Shown here: positions 18,081 to 28,067 of the stretch, piece by piece
How positions within the stretch are numbered: position 1 is the first letter of the stretch
How the letters are laid out: each line of letters starts with the position of its first letter
NCBI GenBank assembly: GCA_964457775.1
Contig: CAYWEW010000003.1
Location: forward strand, 30,776-94,775
DNA from: an uncultured Candidatus Saccharibacteria bacterium
GTDB lineage: Bacteria > Patescibacteriota > Minisyncoccia > Phycocordibacterales > UBA5272
Reading direction: 5' to 3'
Length of the DNA: 64,000 nucleotides
Translations under genes and position numbers: made by a program
Notes under the pieces: generated by a model
Seen by the model: only the letters and a program-made list of their open reading frames with translations
Told to the model about the DNA's origin: nothing
Database searches by the model: none

Positions 18081-19538
18081 ATGGCCTCCATCGAAGAACT
18101 TCGCACAGAAAGAATTAAAAAATTAGAGAAATTAAAAGCTCTTGGAATTTCTTCATATCCGAGTTCATCTTCTCGTACTCATGAATTAAAATATGTGGCG
18201 GATAATTTTACTTCACTTGAAAGTCATCAAGATTCAATTATTGTAAATGGCCGTGTTATGTCATCACGTGGACAAGGAGCTATTTGTTTCGTTGATTTGT
18301 ATGACGGAACAAATAGAATGCAAGTTGTTATTAAGTTACCAGAATCAACTGAAGAAGTGATGAATTTTTATCGTGACTACGTAGATATAGGAGACTTTGT
18401 AGAAGTAACTGGAAAAGTTTTTATTACAAAATCAGGTCAGCAAAGTATTCTTGTTAATAAAGTTTCCATGCTATCAAAAGCATTACTTCCACTTCCAGAT
18501 AAATTCCACGGACTTCAGGATGAAGAACTTCGTATGCGTGAAAGATATCTAGATATACTTACGAATCCTGAACTTAGGGAGTTATTAGAAAAGAAGACAA
18601 AATTTTGGGAGGTGACACGCTCATTCTTAAAAGAAAAGGGGTTCTTAGAAGTTGAAACACCAACTCTTGAAGTAACTACAGGAGGTGCAGAGGCTAGACC
18701 ATTTGCTACACATCATTATGATTTTGATTTGCCAGTATTTATGCGTATATCAGTTGGAGAACTTTGGCAGAAGAGATTAATGGCCTCTGGTATCCCGAAG
18801 ACTTTTGAAATAGGCCGTGTATATCGTAATGAAGGTTCATCGCCAGATCATCTCCAGGAATTCACTAACTGTGAATTTTATATGTCATATGCAAATTATG
18901 AAGATGGAATGAAGTTAACTCAAGAACTATATCGCAAATTAGCAGAAGATGTATTCGGTACGACAACATTTACAACACGTGGACACACATTTAATCTTGC
19001 TGATGAATGGACTAAAATTGACTATAGTGAAGAAATAAAACGTCAGACATCTATTGATATAAATACTGCAACCGATGATGAAATAAAAAACAAATTACAA
19101 GATTTGAAAGTGAAGTATGACGGTGTTAATCGTGAGCGATTAATTGATACACTTTGGAAGTATTGTCGTAAGAATATTACTGGTCCATCTTTTGTAATTA
19201 ATCATCCAATAATTATTGCTCCACTTGCAAAGAAGAATACTGATGGTAAAACTGTACAAATGTTCCAACCAGTTATCGCAGGAAGTGAAATTGGACGTGG
19301 CTACTCAGAACTTAATGACCCACTTGATCAAAGAGAGAGATTCGAAGTACAGCAGAAGTTATTAGCTGGAGGGGACGAAGAGGCGATGATGGCAGATTGG
19401 GAATTTGTGGATATGTTAGAACATGGTATGCCCCCTACATGTGGATTTGGTTTTGGCGAAAGATTGTTCGCATTTTTGGCAGATAAACCAGTTCGTGAAG
19501 TACAGACATTCCCACTTACAAGACCAAAAATAATTTAG
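18081..19538 (+). CDS. lysS: lysyl-tRNA synthetase, class II
   Basis: OB anticodon-binding domain plus class II motifs 1-3 (FxEVETP, RNEG, GxGxGxER). Confidence 0.95.
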   Translation: MASIEELRTERIKKLEKLKALGISSYPSSSSRTHELKYVADNFTSLESHQDSIIVNGRVMSSRGQGAICFVDLYDGTNRMQVVIKLPESTEEVMNFYRDYVDIGDFVEVTGKVFITKSGQQSILVNKVSMLSKALLPLPDKFHGLQDEELRMRERYLDILTNPELRELLEKKTKFWEVTRSFLKEKGFLEVETPTLEVTTGGAEARPFATHHYDFDLPVFMRISVGELWQKRLMASGIPKTFEIGRVYRNEGSSPDHLQEFTNCEFYMSYANYEDGMKLTQELYRKLAEDVFGTTTFTTRGHTFNLADEWTKIDYSEEIKRQTSIDINTATDDEIKNKLQDLKVKYDGVNRERLIDTLWKYCRKNITGPSFVINHPIIIAPLAKKNTDGKTVQMFQPVIAGSEIGRGYSELNDPLDQRERFEVQQKLLAGGDEEAMMADWEFVDMLEHGMPPTCGFGFGERLFAFLADKPVREVQTFPLTRPKII

Positions 19539-19625
19539 TTTTATTGTTTACTTTTATATTAAACAATAGTAGTATTTATTCTCGAACATTCAAATAATCA
19601 TGTTTGGATGAATTGTGGAGGATAT

Positions 19626-19955
19626 ATGGGACTATATTCAGTTGTGATTATTTCACATGACGAGCTCGACCATATTGAATCTGATTCAAATTTCGGCAAA
19701 AACCTTTCAAGAGCAATTAAAGGTCGGCGTATTTCGGATAAGCGGACCACAATAGTTCCTGCTGGTGGGTGTGGTAAATCTGCAGAAGTAGTTGGAAAGT
19801 GTTTTCAAGGAAGTGATGCTCAAATAGTCGTTATAGAGGGTGGAACTGGATGGATTGCAAACGGAGATGAAAAGCCAAGTTGGTCATCTCTTACATGGAA
19901 GATGGTAAAAGAAGTTTTTTCAGGAATTATTCCCAAAAGAAACAAAAAAAATTAA
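19626..19955 (+). CDS. hypothetical protein (SD-bearing; ORF-track start 19608)
   Basis: GGAGGA SD 6 nt before ATG 19626; no motifs. Confidence 0.45.
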   Translation: MGLYSVVIISHDELDHIESDSNFGKNLSRAIKGRRISDKRTTIVPAGGCGKSAEVVGKCFQGSDAQIVVIEGGTGWIANGDEKPSWSSLTWKMVKEVFSGIIPKRNKKN

Positions 19956-19972
19956 TGAAAAAGTTCAAAAGT

Positions 19973-20004
19973 ATGCGCGACCACGAAGTGGTCGCGCATT
20001 TTTA
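19973..20004 (+). terminator. intrinsic terminator (atgcgcgacc-N7-ggtcgcgcat + T5)
   Basis: 10-bp GC stem followed by a T-run. Confidence 0.65.
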
Positions 20005-20115
20005 TATTCTTCCTGTTATCCACAGGTATTTTCTAGGAAAAAATATACAAAGTGGAGTATAATGGGTCTTAGTGGGGCTAAGTGGGAGCTTTTCTTCACT
20101 ATTTATTTACTGAAT

Positions 20116-20550
20116 ATGTTAATCGGCCAATACACACACGACCTAGATCCAAAAAAACGACTAACGCTACCATCAAAGTGGCGTTCGGATCTTGGAAAGA
20201 AAGTAGTGGTCACAAGTGGATTAGATAATTCGTTATTTGTTTTCAATGTTAAGGAGTGGGAAGTTTTTGCAAAAAATTTGTCACAACAAGGATTCGGTAA
20301 TATCGACACTCGTAGTTTCAGTCGCTTCATGTTAGGAAATGCGTTTGAAACCGATGTTGATGCTGCTGGAAGAATTGTTATCCCTGATACACTCAAAGAC
20401 TTTGCGCATCTTTCATCAAAAGTAGTCCTAGCCGGTATGTACTCACGTATAGAAATCTGGGATGAAAATGCTTGGAAGTCAAACATCGCAAAAGTTAATG
20501 GTGAAGCAGATGCCTTAGCAGGAAAATTAAGTGAACTAGGTCTCCTATAA
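20116..20550 (+). CDS. mraZ: transcriptional regulator MraZ
   Basis: Duplicated MraZ/SpoVT-AbrB halves (DPKKRLTLP ... DAAGRIVIP). ORF-track start 20062; MLIGQY at 20116 fits the MraZ N-terminus. Confidence 0.8.
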   Translation: MLIGQYTHDLDPKKRLTLPSKWRSDLGKKVVVTSGLDNSLFVFNVKEWEVFAKNLSQQGFGNIDTRSFSRFMLGNAFETDVDAAGRIVIPDTLKDFAHLSSKVVLAGMYSRIEIWDENAWKSNIAKVNGEADALAGKLSELGLL

Positions 20551-20628
20551 AATGAAAATAATATGGAAACAATTTTGTCCCACATATCATTTTTATCTCG
20601 TCCAAAAATAAAGATTAAATTATCCACT

Positions 20629-21519
20629 ATGCATATTCCTGTTCTTTTAAACGAATCAATTGAAGGCTTAAATATAAAAGAGGGTGGCATATATGTTGAC
20701 TGCACAACTAATCGAGGTGGGCATAGTATAAAAATAGCCAAAGCTCTCAAGAAGAGCGGTACATTAATTTGTATTGACCTCGATAAAGTAGCCCTTAAAG
20801 AAGCTGAACAAGAAATTCGTAAAAGTAAGAATGTACCAACATTACATTTTATTCATTCAAATTTTCGCCATCTCCCATCAATATTGAAAGAGTTGGGGAT
20901 TAGCCACGTAGACGGTATTTTAGCTGACTTGGGTCTATCATCTCAAGAGCTAGATGATTCAAAACGAGGTTTCTCATTTCGTTTCGATGAACCGCTTTTG
21001 ATGACATATGATGCCAACCCTACAGAGGATGTAACAACAGCCTTTGATATCGTTAACTACTGGAGTGAATCAACAATTGCAGATATATTATATGGTTTTG
21101 CTGATGAAACGTATCGGGGACGTATTGCAAGTGCAATAGTTAAACGTCGAGAAGAAAAGCAAATCAAAACTACATTTGAGCTTGTCGACGTTATAGCTAG
21201 TGCAGTTCCTACACTCTATCGTCATCGCAAGACACACTTTGCTACCAAAACATTTCAAGCGTTACGTATGGCAGCAAACGATGAATTAGGAAGTATCAAT
21301 GATCTTATAGAATCACTCCCTAACATCCTTGCTTCAAATGGACGCGCATGTATCATTACTTTTCACAGCACAGAAGACAGAATAGTGAAACAAGGTCTTC
21401 GTGCAAAAAGTGACACATTAAAGGCAATTACAAAAAAGGCAATCATCCCGACCGAAGAAGAAATAAATAAAAACCCACGTGCTCGCAGTGCTCAACTTAG
21501 AATCGTTGAAAGAATATAA
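20629..21519 (+). CDS. rsmH: 16S rRNA m4C1402 methyltransferase RsmH
   Basis: MHIPVLL N-terminus, SAM motifs, FHSxED C-terminal motif. ORF-track start is 20563. Confidence 0.9.
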   Translation: MHIPVLLNESIEGLNIKEGGIYVDCTTNRGGHSIKIAKALKKSGTLICIDLDKVALKEAEQEIRKSKNVPTLHFIHSNFRHLPSILKELGISHVDGILADLGLSSQELDDSKRGFSFRFDEPLLMTYDANPTEDVTTAFDIVNYWSESTIADILYGFADETYRGRIASAIVKRREEKQIKTTFELVDVIASAVPTLYRHRKTHFATKTFQALRMAANDELGSINDLIESLPNILASNGRACIITFHSTEDRIVKQGLRAKSDTLKAITKKAIIPTEEEINKNPRARSAQLRIVERI

Positions 21520-21524
21520 ATATT

Positions 21525-21842
21525 ATGTCCCCAAAGTATCAATCAATAACACTATATGAAAGAACAGTACATGCCATGTTTGGTACACTTTCTGTACTTG
21601 CATTAATGTATTGTGTTGTTCTGCTCTCACTTGTTTTTTCTGTGATTGAACGTAAACAAAATACTATAGCTGGACGTGATCTTACATCACAATTAAGTGC
21701 TCTTGAAGCAAATTATGCGAATCAGCTTGCATCTATTAATGAATCAACACTTGTTAATCATCAATTTACACGTATTGATGGCACAACTTTTGCAGTACGC
21801 AAAGATGCAATAGCAAGTTATACTGTGCTCTATGCACGCTAG
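21525..21842 (+). CDS. ftsL: FtsL-like cell-division membrane protein
   Basis: Short bitopic protein (TM + coiled coil) between rsmH and ftsI. Confidence 0.5.
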   Translation: MSPKYQSITLYERTVHAMFGTLSVLALMYCVVLLSLVFSVIERKQNTIAGRDLTSQLSALEANYANQLASINESTLVNHQFTRIDGTTFAVRKDAIASYTVLYAR

Positions 21843-23586
21843 TAACTCTTTGGAATTATCAGACGAACAAAAAATGCGCTCAACAGATAGGGCGCAGTTC
21901 GTATTTATTTTGTGGTTAATTTTCGCATTTATCATTATTGCTCGCGCATTTTATATACAAGTAATACAGCATAATTATTATACCGATCTTGGTAACAAAC
22001 AGTATATTTCTTCTGTTCCAATTAATTTTGACAGAGGAACAATATTATTTTCACATTACAAAGGGACGCCAGTTCCTGCAGCACAACTTAGAACATCTTA
22101 CCGTGTAGCGCTAGATCCAACACAAATAAAAGATGCAGACTTGTTGTATGCGTCTATGTCAAAGTATATTCCATCACTTGATAAGACAATTTTCATCGAA
22201 AAGGCGACAAAGCAAAATGATCCATATGAAGAGATAGCAAAGGGTGTAACAGAAGACAAGGTAGTATTGCTGAAATTGTTGAAATTAAGAGGAGTGTCTT
22301 ATTTAAAAGATAATGAACGTTCATATCCTCAAGATAATATTGGCGCAAAAGTAGTTGGTTTCGTTGGAAGTGATGGCAAATATACAAAAGGTCAATATGG
22401 ACTTGAACGTTATTATGAAGATGTGTTAGGTAGAAATAGTAGTGAAAAAACCGTGAACTTTTTTGCTGAGTTATTTACTGATATTGAAAAAACAATTGTT
22501 TCCAATCGAGATAAAGAAGAGGGTGATATTATTTTAACAATTGACGCAGAAGCCCAAAGAGTTCTTCATAGTACACTCGTAGAAACAAAGGCAGAATGGA
22601 AGTCCGACGTTATTGGTGGAATTATTATGGACCCAAATACGGGAGCAATTATTGCTATGGAAGCATTACCTTCTTATAATCCAAATAATTTTAACGACGT
22701 AAAAGATTCATCTTTGTATATTAATCAAAATATTTCTGGTGTATATGAAATGGGAAGTATTATAAAACCAATTACCATGGCTGCAGCAATTGATTCTGGG
22801 GCAGTTAATGAAGCAAGTACAACATATAATGACACAGGCTTTCGCGATTTGAATGGATATAAAGTTAGTAACTTTGATGGTAAACCAAGAGGAAGAAATA
22901 CATCTATGCAAATGATTTTAGATAAATCATTAAACGTCGGTATTGTTTTTCTTGTTGAAAGACTCGGAGAAAAACGTTTCCAGGATTATTTTAAAAAGTT
23001 TGGTCTTGGACAAGAAACAGGTATTGATGTACCAGGGGAAGCGAGTGGTTTGACCAAAAACTTAGACAGTAAAGTTTTTGTTGATAGTGCGACCGCTGGA
23101 TTCGGGCAAGGGATAGCCATAACACCAATACAAACCATAAGAGCATTAGCTGCACTTGGAAATGGTGGTAAGTTAGTTTCGCCACATATAGTTGATAGTA
23201 TAGTTTACAAAAACGGTGATGTGAAAAAAATAACCGATGAAGGTTTTGAACAAGTTATTTCTAAAGAAACAAGTGAAAGAATCTCCCGTATGTTGGTACA
23301 CGTTGTGGATACATCTCTCAAAGATGGTAATTACAAAATGGATAGATATACAATTGCTGCCAAAACTGGAACAGCTCAGATGGTTAAGCCTGGCGCCGGA
23401 TATTATGAAGACAGATACCTTCACTCTTTCTTTGGATATTTCCCAGCATATGAACCAAAATATATTATTTTCCTTTTCCATACTTATCCAAAAGGGGCGA
23501 AGTATGCGTCCGCAACTTTAACGGATCCGTTTTTCAAGATAGTTAAGTTTCTTATATCCTATTACGAAGTCCCACCCGACCGTTAG
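21832..23586 (+). CDS. ftsI: peptidoglycan D,D-transpeptidase FtsI (class B PBP3)
   Basis: SxxK (SIIK), SN and KTGTAQ motifs; dcw cluster position. Confidence 0.85.
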   Translation: MHASNSLELSDEQKMRSTDRAQFVFILWLIFAFIIIARAFYIQVIQHNYYTDLGNKQYISSVPINFDRGTILFSHYKGTPVPAAQLRTSYRVALDPTQIKDADLLYASMSKYIPSLDKTIFIEKATKQNDPYEEIAKGVTEDKVVLLKLLKLRGVSYLKDNERSYPQDNIGAKVVGFVGSDGKYTKGQYGLERYYEDVLGRNSSEKTVNFFAELFTDIEKTIVSNRDKEEGDIILTIDAEAQRVLHSTLVETKAEWKSDVIGGIIMDPNTGAIIAMEALPSYNPNNFNDVKDSSLYINQNISGVYEMGSIIKPITMAAAIDSGAVNEASTTYNDTGFRDLNGYKVSNFDGKPRGRNTSMQMILDKSLNVGIVFLVERLGEKRFQDYFKKFGLGQETGIDVPGEASGLTKNLDSKVFVDSATAGFGQGIAITPIQTIRALAALGNGGKLVSPHIVDSIVYKNGDVKKITDEGFEQVISKETSERISRMLVHVVDTSLKDGNYKMDRYTIAAKTGTAQMVKPGAGYYEDRYLHSFFGYFPAYEPKYIIFLFHTYPKGAKYASATLTDPFFKIVKFLISYYEVPPDR

Positions 23587-23602
23587 AAGAAAATTACTTC
23601 AT

Positions 23603-23680
23603 CTACTTTGTCGCGAGGAGTTTTTTCTCGGTCAATGTACTATATGTACATTTCTCTCGAAAAAACTCCTCGCTTCGCGT
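23603..23680. repeat. nested palindromic element copy A (outer 14-bp stem around inner atgtac-tatat-gtacat)
   Basis: gcgaggagtttttt / aaaaaactcctcgc perfect inverted repeat; shares ctactttgtcg + tcaatgtacta(a/t)atgtacattt with 55958-56030. Confidence 0.7.
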
Positions 23681-23802
23681 ATATAAAGCAATTTTCTTCT
23701 AATGGTAAAGTGATGTGATCTAATTACAAGAAATATTATGCCTGTACTTTTTTATAAAATATGGTATAATTAGTAGTAATATTAATTACTCCTTATATAA
23801 AC

Positions 23803-24912
23803 ATGAAAAAAGCAGATCCAAAAAAAGAATATTCCAATTTTAAAGGAGCAGGGAAAAGAAACAATTTTGAAAGAGCTCCAAGGTCTGAAAAGGCAACACT
23901 ACGTAAGCCGTATGTAAACAAAAAATCAATTGCTTCATACGTAGATAAAGCTCCATACATAGCACGTACTGAAAAACCTGTTTATAAAGGAAAAGAATCT
24001 CGTTTATCAGGAACACGAACAAGAAATGAAACCAGAGTTTTTTCGGGCTACACACCGCGTACCTCACACGGAGAAAATTCTTCTCGTGTATCATATGCAT
24101 CAAAAGATACTGAAACAAAAAAACAAGTAGTTGTTCCAGATACCTCTTGGGGTGGTGTTGCAGATTGGTATAATAAACACTTGGAAAAAGGTGATGACAC
24201 TTATCATACGAAAGTAATATTCCCGAATATACTAAGGATGCTTGGTGATGTATCAGGAAAGAAAGTTCTTGATATGGCTTGTGGTCAAGGAATATTCGCA
24301 GAGCAATTGCGTGATAAAGGTGCATTTGTTACTGGGGTTGATATAGCCAAAGAACTTATAAAAATTGCTGAAGAAAAAAGTCAAAATATAAAAGAAAAAG
24401 GAACACACAAAGTTTCTTATCATGTTGCGTCAGCTGAAGATTTGTTTATGTTGAAAGATAAAAGTTTTGACGTTGTTGTTTGTATACTCGCTCTTCAGAA
24501 TATCGAAAATTTACAAAAGACAATTGCCGAAGCTAAGAGAGTTCTTGTAAATGATGGAAAATTTATTTTTGTACTTAATCATCCAAGTTTTAGAAATGCC
24601 AAACAAACTTATTGGGGATATAATGAAAAGGACGGTATTCAATATAGACGTGTAGACGAATATATGTCTGAATCACATGTAAGAATTGATATGACACCAG
24701 GAAGTGTAAAAGATAAAAAGTTCACTGTCTCATTTCATAGACCACTTCAAGTTTATATAAAAGCACTCTCAAAATCAGGTCTCGTTGTTGCTCGTCTTGA
24801 AGAATGGGTAAGTCATCGCGAAAGTGAACGAGGTCCTCGTAAATCTGCAGAAGATAAGGCGCGCAAGGAAATACCTTTGTTTATGTGTATTGAAAGTACA
24901 GTTATTAAATAA
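23803..24912 (+). CDS. class I SAM-dependent methyltransferase with ~110-aa basic N-terminal extension
   Basis: Motif I VLDMACGQGIF; N-terminus K/R/S/T-rich and ribosomal-protein-like. Confidence 0.7.
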   Translation: MKKADPKKEYSNFKGAGKRNNFERAPRSEKATLRKPYVNKKSIASYVDKAPYIARTEKPVYKGKESRLSGTRTRNETRVFSGYTPRTSHGENSSRVSYASKDTETKKQVVVPDTSWGGVADWYNKHLEKGDDTYHTKVIFPNILRMLGDVSGKKVLDMACGQGIFAEQLRDKGAFVTGVDIAKELIKIAEEKSQNIKEKGTHKVSYHVASAEDLFMLKDKSFDVVVCILALQNIENLQKTIAEAKRVLVNDGKFIFVLNHPSFRNAKQTYWGYNEKDGIQYRRVDEYMSESHVRIDMTPGSVKDKKFTVSFHRPLQVYIKALSKSGLVVARLEEWVSHRESERGPRKSAEDKARKEIPLFMCIESTVIK

Positions 24913-24949
24913 AGACAATATGCGAAAGATTATGATATAATTTCTAAAT

Positions 24950-25618
24950 ATGAAAAAATTACATCGTCATCTTGAAACTGTGGAAGGTAAATTTATTATG
25001 AGTGTCGTTGCTGTTGTTGTTATATTGTTTGGATATTATTTCTACGCAACTCCATCACAAGATAATTCTAAAATTGAAGAAATTACTATTTCCGAGACAG
25101 ATCATATTCGTGGAAAGCAAGATGCAAAATTAACTATTGTTGAGTTCGGTGACTATCAGTGCCCGGCTTGTGGAGTATATGAACCACTTATTAGACAAGT
25201 TACGGAAGATAATAAAGATATATTAAAAGTTGTTTTTAAACATTTTCCTTTAACTCAAATTCATCAGAATGCCTTACTTGGTGCAAAAGCAGCTGAAGCC
25301 GCTGGATTACAAGGCAAGTTCTGGGAGATGCATGAAATGCTTTTTGATAAACAAGAGGAATGGTCAAAGGGGATGAATGCCCGTGATTTTATTTTGACAT
25401 ACGCCACAACAATTGGTCTTAACACTAAGAAATTTTCGGATGATTTGAATAGTAAAGCGATCGAAGACAAGATTCTTGCAGAATTAAAAGAAGGAACAAG
25501 ACTTGGTGTTCAAGGTACCCCAACATTCTTTCTAAATGGAAAGAAAATTGATAACCCAACCTCACTTGAGGCTTTTAATAAGCTTATTCTAGAAACTGCA
25601 GCGAATCTACCTAAGTAG
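24950..25618 (+). CDS. DsbA-like thiol:disulfide oxidoreductase, membrane-anchored
   Basis: N-terminal TM plus thioredoxin fold with CPAC active site (FGDYQCPACG). Confidence 0.7.
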   Translation: MKKLHRHLETVEGKFIMSVVAVVVILFGYYFYATPSQDNSKIEEITISETDHIRGKQDAKLTIVEFGDYQCPACGVYEPLIRQVTEDNKDILKVVFKHFPLTQIHQNALLGAKAAEAAGLQGKFWEMHEMLFDKQEEWSKGMNARDFILTYATTIGLNTKKFSDDLNSKAIEDKILAELKEGTRLGVQGTPTFFLNGKKIDNPTSLEAFNKLILETAANLPK

Positions 25619-25651
25619 TATTTGTGTTTCCTAACCACTAACCATCCAAAC

Positions 25652-25882
25652 ATGATAAAAGAATTTTTCCTAAAACAAGCTGTTAAGCACGGAACAAAGA
25701 ATCTTCCAAAGGATCAACAGGAGATGCTTCAGAAAGCTGTAGAAAAAGACCCAAAACTTTTCGAAAAGATTGCAAAAGAAATTGATGTTTTGAAGAAAAG
25801 TGGAAAACCAGAGATGTATGCAGCACTTGATGTGATGAAGAAGTATCAGAAAGAGTTGCAAGCTCTTTTTATGGAGAAATAA
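25652..25882 (+). CDS. hypothetical small protein (76 aa)
   Basis: Lys/Glu-rich helical ORF followed by hairpin terminator 25886-25910. Confidence 0.4.
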   Translation: MIKEFFLKQAVKHGTKNLPKDQQEMLQKAVEKDPKLFEKIAKEIDVLKKSGKPEMYAALDVMKKYQKELQALFMEK

Positions 25883-25917
25883 AAAAAGCCACGCATCGCG
25901 TGGCTTTTTAAAATCAT

Positions 25918-26241
25918 CTAGAGTTCCTTTCTGAAATGTAGGTAATTCTCAAGGGGGTGTTCCCGAGCAAACTTTGCATCCAGGTTGTGGCGGATTCTCA
26001 CTGAAGCGACACCATGGCAAATCACATACACCACCCCGACCCATAGCCATTTGATTCCAAAAAAAAGGAACAGCCCGAGTGTAGTAAAAATTCCAAAGAC
26101 AATTAGAATCAGAGCTTGGTAGCGAAAAAAGAAACTGTTTTTGGGAATGAATTCCCGATAAAGATTGTGAGCCCGCATGTTCTCACTAAACCTTAAAGCG
26201 GAATCCTGAGTTTCATAGTTCTTTGTAGTTTCTACACTCAT
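25918..26241 (-). CDS. small 2-TM membrane protein divergent from lexA
   Basis: 107-aa ORF with two hydrophobic helices; palindrome cgacaagttgtcg 37 nt upstream. Confidence 0.5.
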   Translation of the reverse strand: MSVETTKNYETQDSALRFSENMRAHNLYREFIPKNSFFFRYQALILIVFGIFTTLGLFLFFGIKWLWVGVVYVICHGVASVRIRHNLDAKFAREHPLENYLHFRKEL

Positions 26242-26402
26242 TACTTTACTCCTCTAATATTTATTAGGAACATTATTCGACAAGTTGTCGATTTATCTTA
26301 AATTATCATATTTAGAGTAAAAGTCAAATAGCTTATACATTATATGGTTAAATCAAACAAAATTACAAGAAATGAATCTTATCCACAGTTGTTCTATTGT
26401 AC

Positions 26403-26418
26403 TAGAACATTTGTTCTA
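26403..26418. promoter_or_regulatory. LexA operator (Cheo-box type): tAGAACATTTGTTCTa
   Basis: Perfect GAAC-N4-GTTC palindrome 14 nt upstream of the lexA ATG. Confidence 0.7.
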
Positions 26419-26431
26419 GTATGATCATAAT

Positions 26432-26989
26432 ATGAAAGACGAACAAGAACTATCACAATTTTTCGCAGAGAATAAACGTATGCCAACGTACGAAGAGATG
26501 AAAAGTATCTTCGGAGTTGCTTCTAAGAATACCGTTGCATACAGAGTGAATAAATTATTAGAAAGTGGTTTCCTTACTAAATCAGGTAATAAACTATTGC
26601 TTACTGAAAGTGGCTATGTAATGCGACTAGGAACAGTACAAGCTGGATTCCCGACAGCCGCTGAAGAAGATATATCGTCTGAATTATTATCACTTGATGA
26701 TTTTTTGGTTGAAAAAAAGAGCTCAACTTATATGTTAGAAGTAATGGGTGAATCGATGAAAGACGCAGGAATACTAGAAGGAGATCTTGTTTTAGTGGAA
26801 AGGGGAAGAACGCCACGGCGTGGAGATATAGTTCTTGCTCTTGTCGATAACGAATATACACTTAAATATTTGGATTCCGAAAATGGTAGACCAATACTTG
26901 TTCCTGCAAATAGAGCTTTTAAAAAAATATATCCGCAAAATTTAAAAATAGAAGCAGTGCTTAAAGCGGTAATTAGAAAATATAGATAA
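26432..26989 (+). CDS. lexA: LexA repressor (S24 peptidase)
   Basis: N-terminal wHTH, AG cleavage region (TVQAGFP), S24 motifs GESM...K. Confidence 0.9.
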   Translation: MKDEQELSQFFAENKRMPTYEEMKSIFGVASKNTVAYRVNKLLESGFLTKSGNKLLLTESGYVMRLGTVQAGFPTAAEEDISSELLSLDDFLVEKKSSTYMLEVMGESMKDAGILEGDLVLVERGRTPRRGDIVLALVDNEYTLKYLDSENGRPILVPANRAFKKIYPQNLKIEAVLKAVIRKYR

Positions 26990-27171
26990 TAACAAATATA
27001 TGAAAATTTTAAACATATCAATCGAAATAGTTCATAATCCTAAAAATATTGAATCAACATATCTCAGTCGCAGAAGTGACTTTGTTAGAATTTTAAATAC
27101 AGTATCAGAATTTTAAAATGCATTTTATATTTATTTCAAACTTCCTAGCGAGTAACTAATAACTTTTATTC

Positions 27172-27606
27172 ATGACTATCTCCACCAAACAAGCCATCAT
27201 AAGTATCACAACATCTGGGAAAAATTTTTCTCAAATAAATTATAGTCGTCGTATGTATGCAATAATTAGACGTTATACACCAAATGTTGTTGAAGGCAAC
27301 ACAAATGAATGTTTTGCTGACCTTACAGGACTTAGAACCTTTCTTAAGATGAGTTATAAAGAAATGGCACATAATATTGTTACAGATATAAAAAAAGAGA
27401 TTGGAATTTTTTGTGCTATCCACGTTGTAACACAAGATACTTTTTTGATGGCAAAAAACAGAGCAAAGAAATCAAGAAACATTTCTACATATAAAGAAAT
27501 GAATAAGCTTTTTGCTGGAACATTATTCACTACACGCAGAAGTCAAAAGAATTTAGGATCAAAAAAAGTAAGGTTAACCATTCCTTTTTTAGGCAAAGTT
27601 GTGTAA
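27172..27606 (+). pseudogene. truncated Y-family DNA polymerase (DinB/UmuC/ImuB-like) N-terminal fragment
   Basis: NECFADLTG (cf. SIDEAFLDLTG) and EIGIFCAIHVVTQDTFLMAKNRAKKS (cf. GLTCSIGIAPNKLLAKIAS); lacks the first catalytic Asp motif and everything beyond ~140 aa. Confidence 0.45.
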
Positions 27607-27656
27607 ATTTTATTTTATACTAGGTAAATTCAATTGACTATAAATTTGTTAATACT

Positions 27657-27935
27657 CTACACATCAGTAGATCGACGCACTATATCAGATTTATAATTTT
27701 CTGCAGCTGCTTTTATTGCATAATCATTCGAAGCTTCTATTACGATGTCGAGTTTTGCAAGTAGGGCTATAGCTTCTTCACTGGATTGTATACCTTCTGG
27801 ACTACCAAGTACCTCATCGACTTCAGAGAGAAGTCTCCCTGCATGTTCTTCTTTTGTTTCTTTATTGTCTATTCTTGCTTCGTGGTTAAGATTTTCTATA
27901 AATGACTGAAATGCACCATTTTGTTTGTTTTCCAT
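27657..27935 (-). CDS. hypothetical acidic protein (92 aa)
   Basis: ORF only. Confidence 0.35.
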   Translation of the reverse strand: MENKQNGAFQSFIENLNHEARIDNKETKEEHAGRLLSEVDEVLGSPEGIQSSEEAIALLAKLDIVIEASNDYAIKAAAENYKSDIVRRSTDV

Positions 27936-28067
27936 AAGACTTCAAGTATATCAGATTAAGAATATGTAATGCTTTGATAAATTAATATGTAATCTTAATA
28001 AAGTGAACTAAAATATATTAATATTTTAGTGTTATAATGTAATTATTAATAGTAAATGCCTTAACTG

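Noticed and set aside
27000-27171. Second LexA box upstream of the Y-family polymerase fragment.
   Set aside because: No GAAC-N4-GTTC or close variant in the 170-nt spacer.
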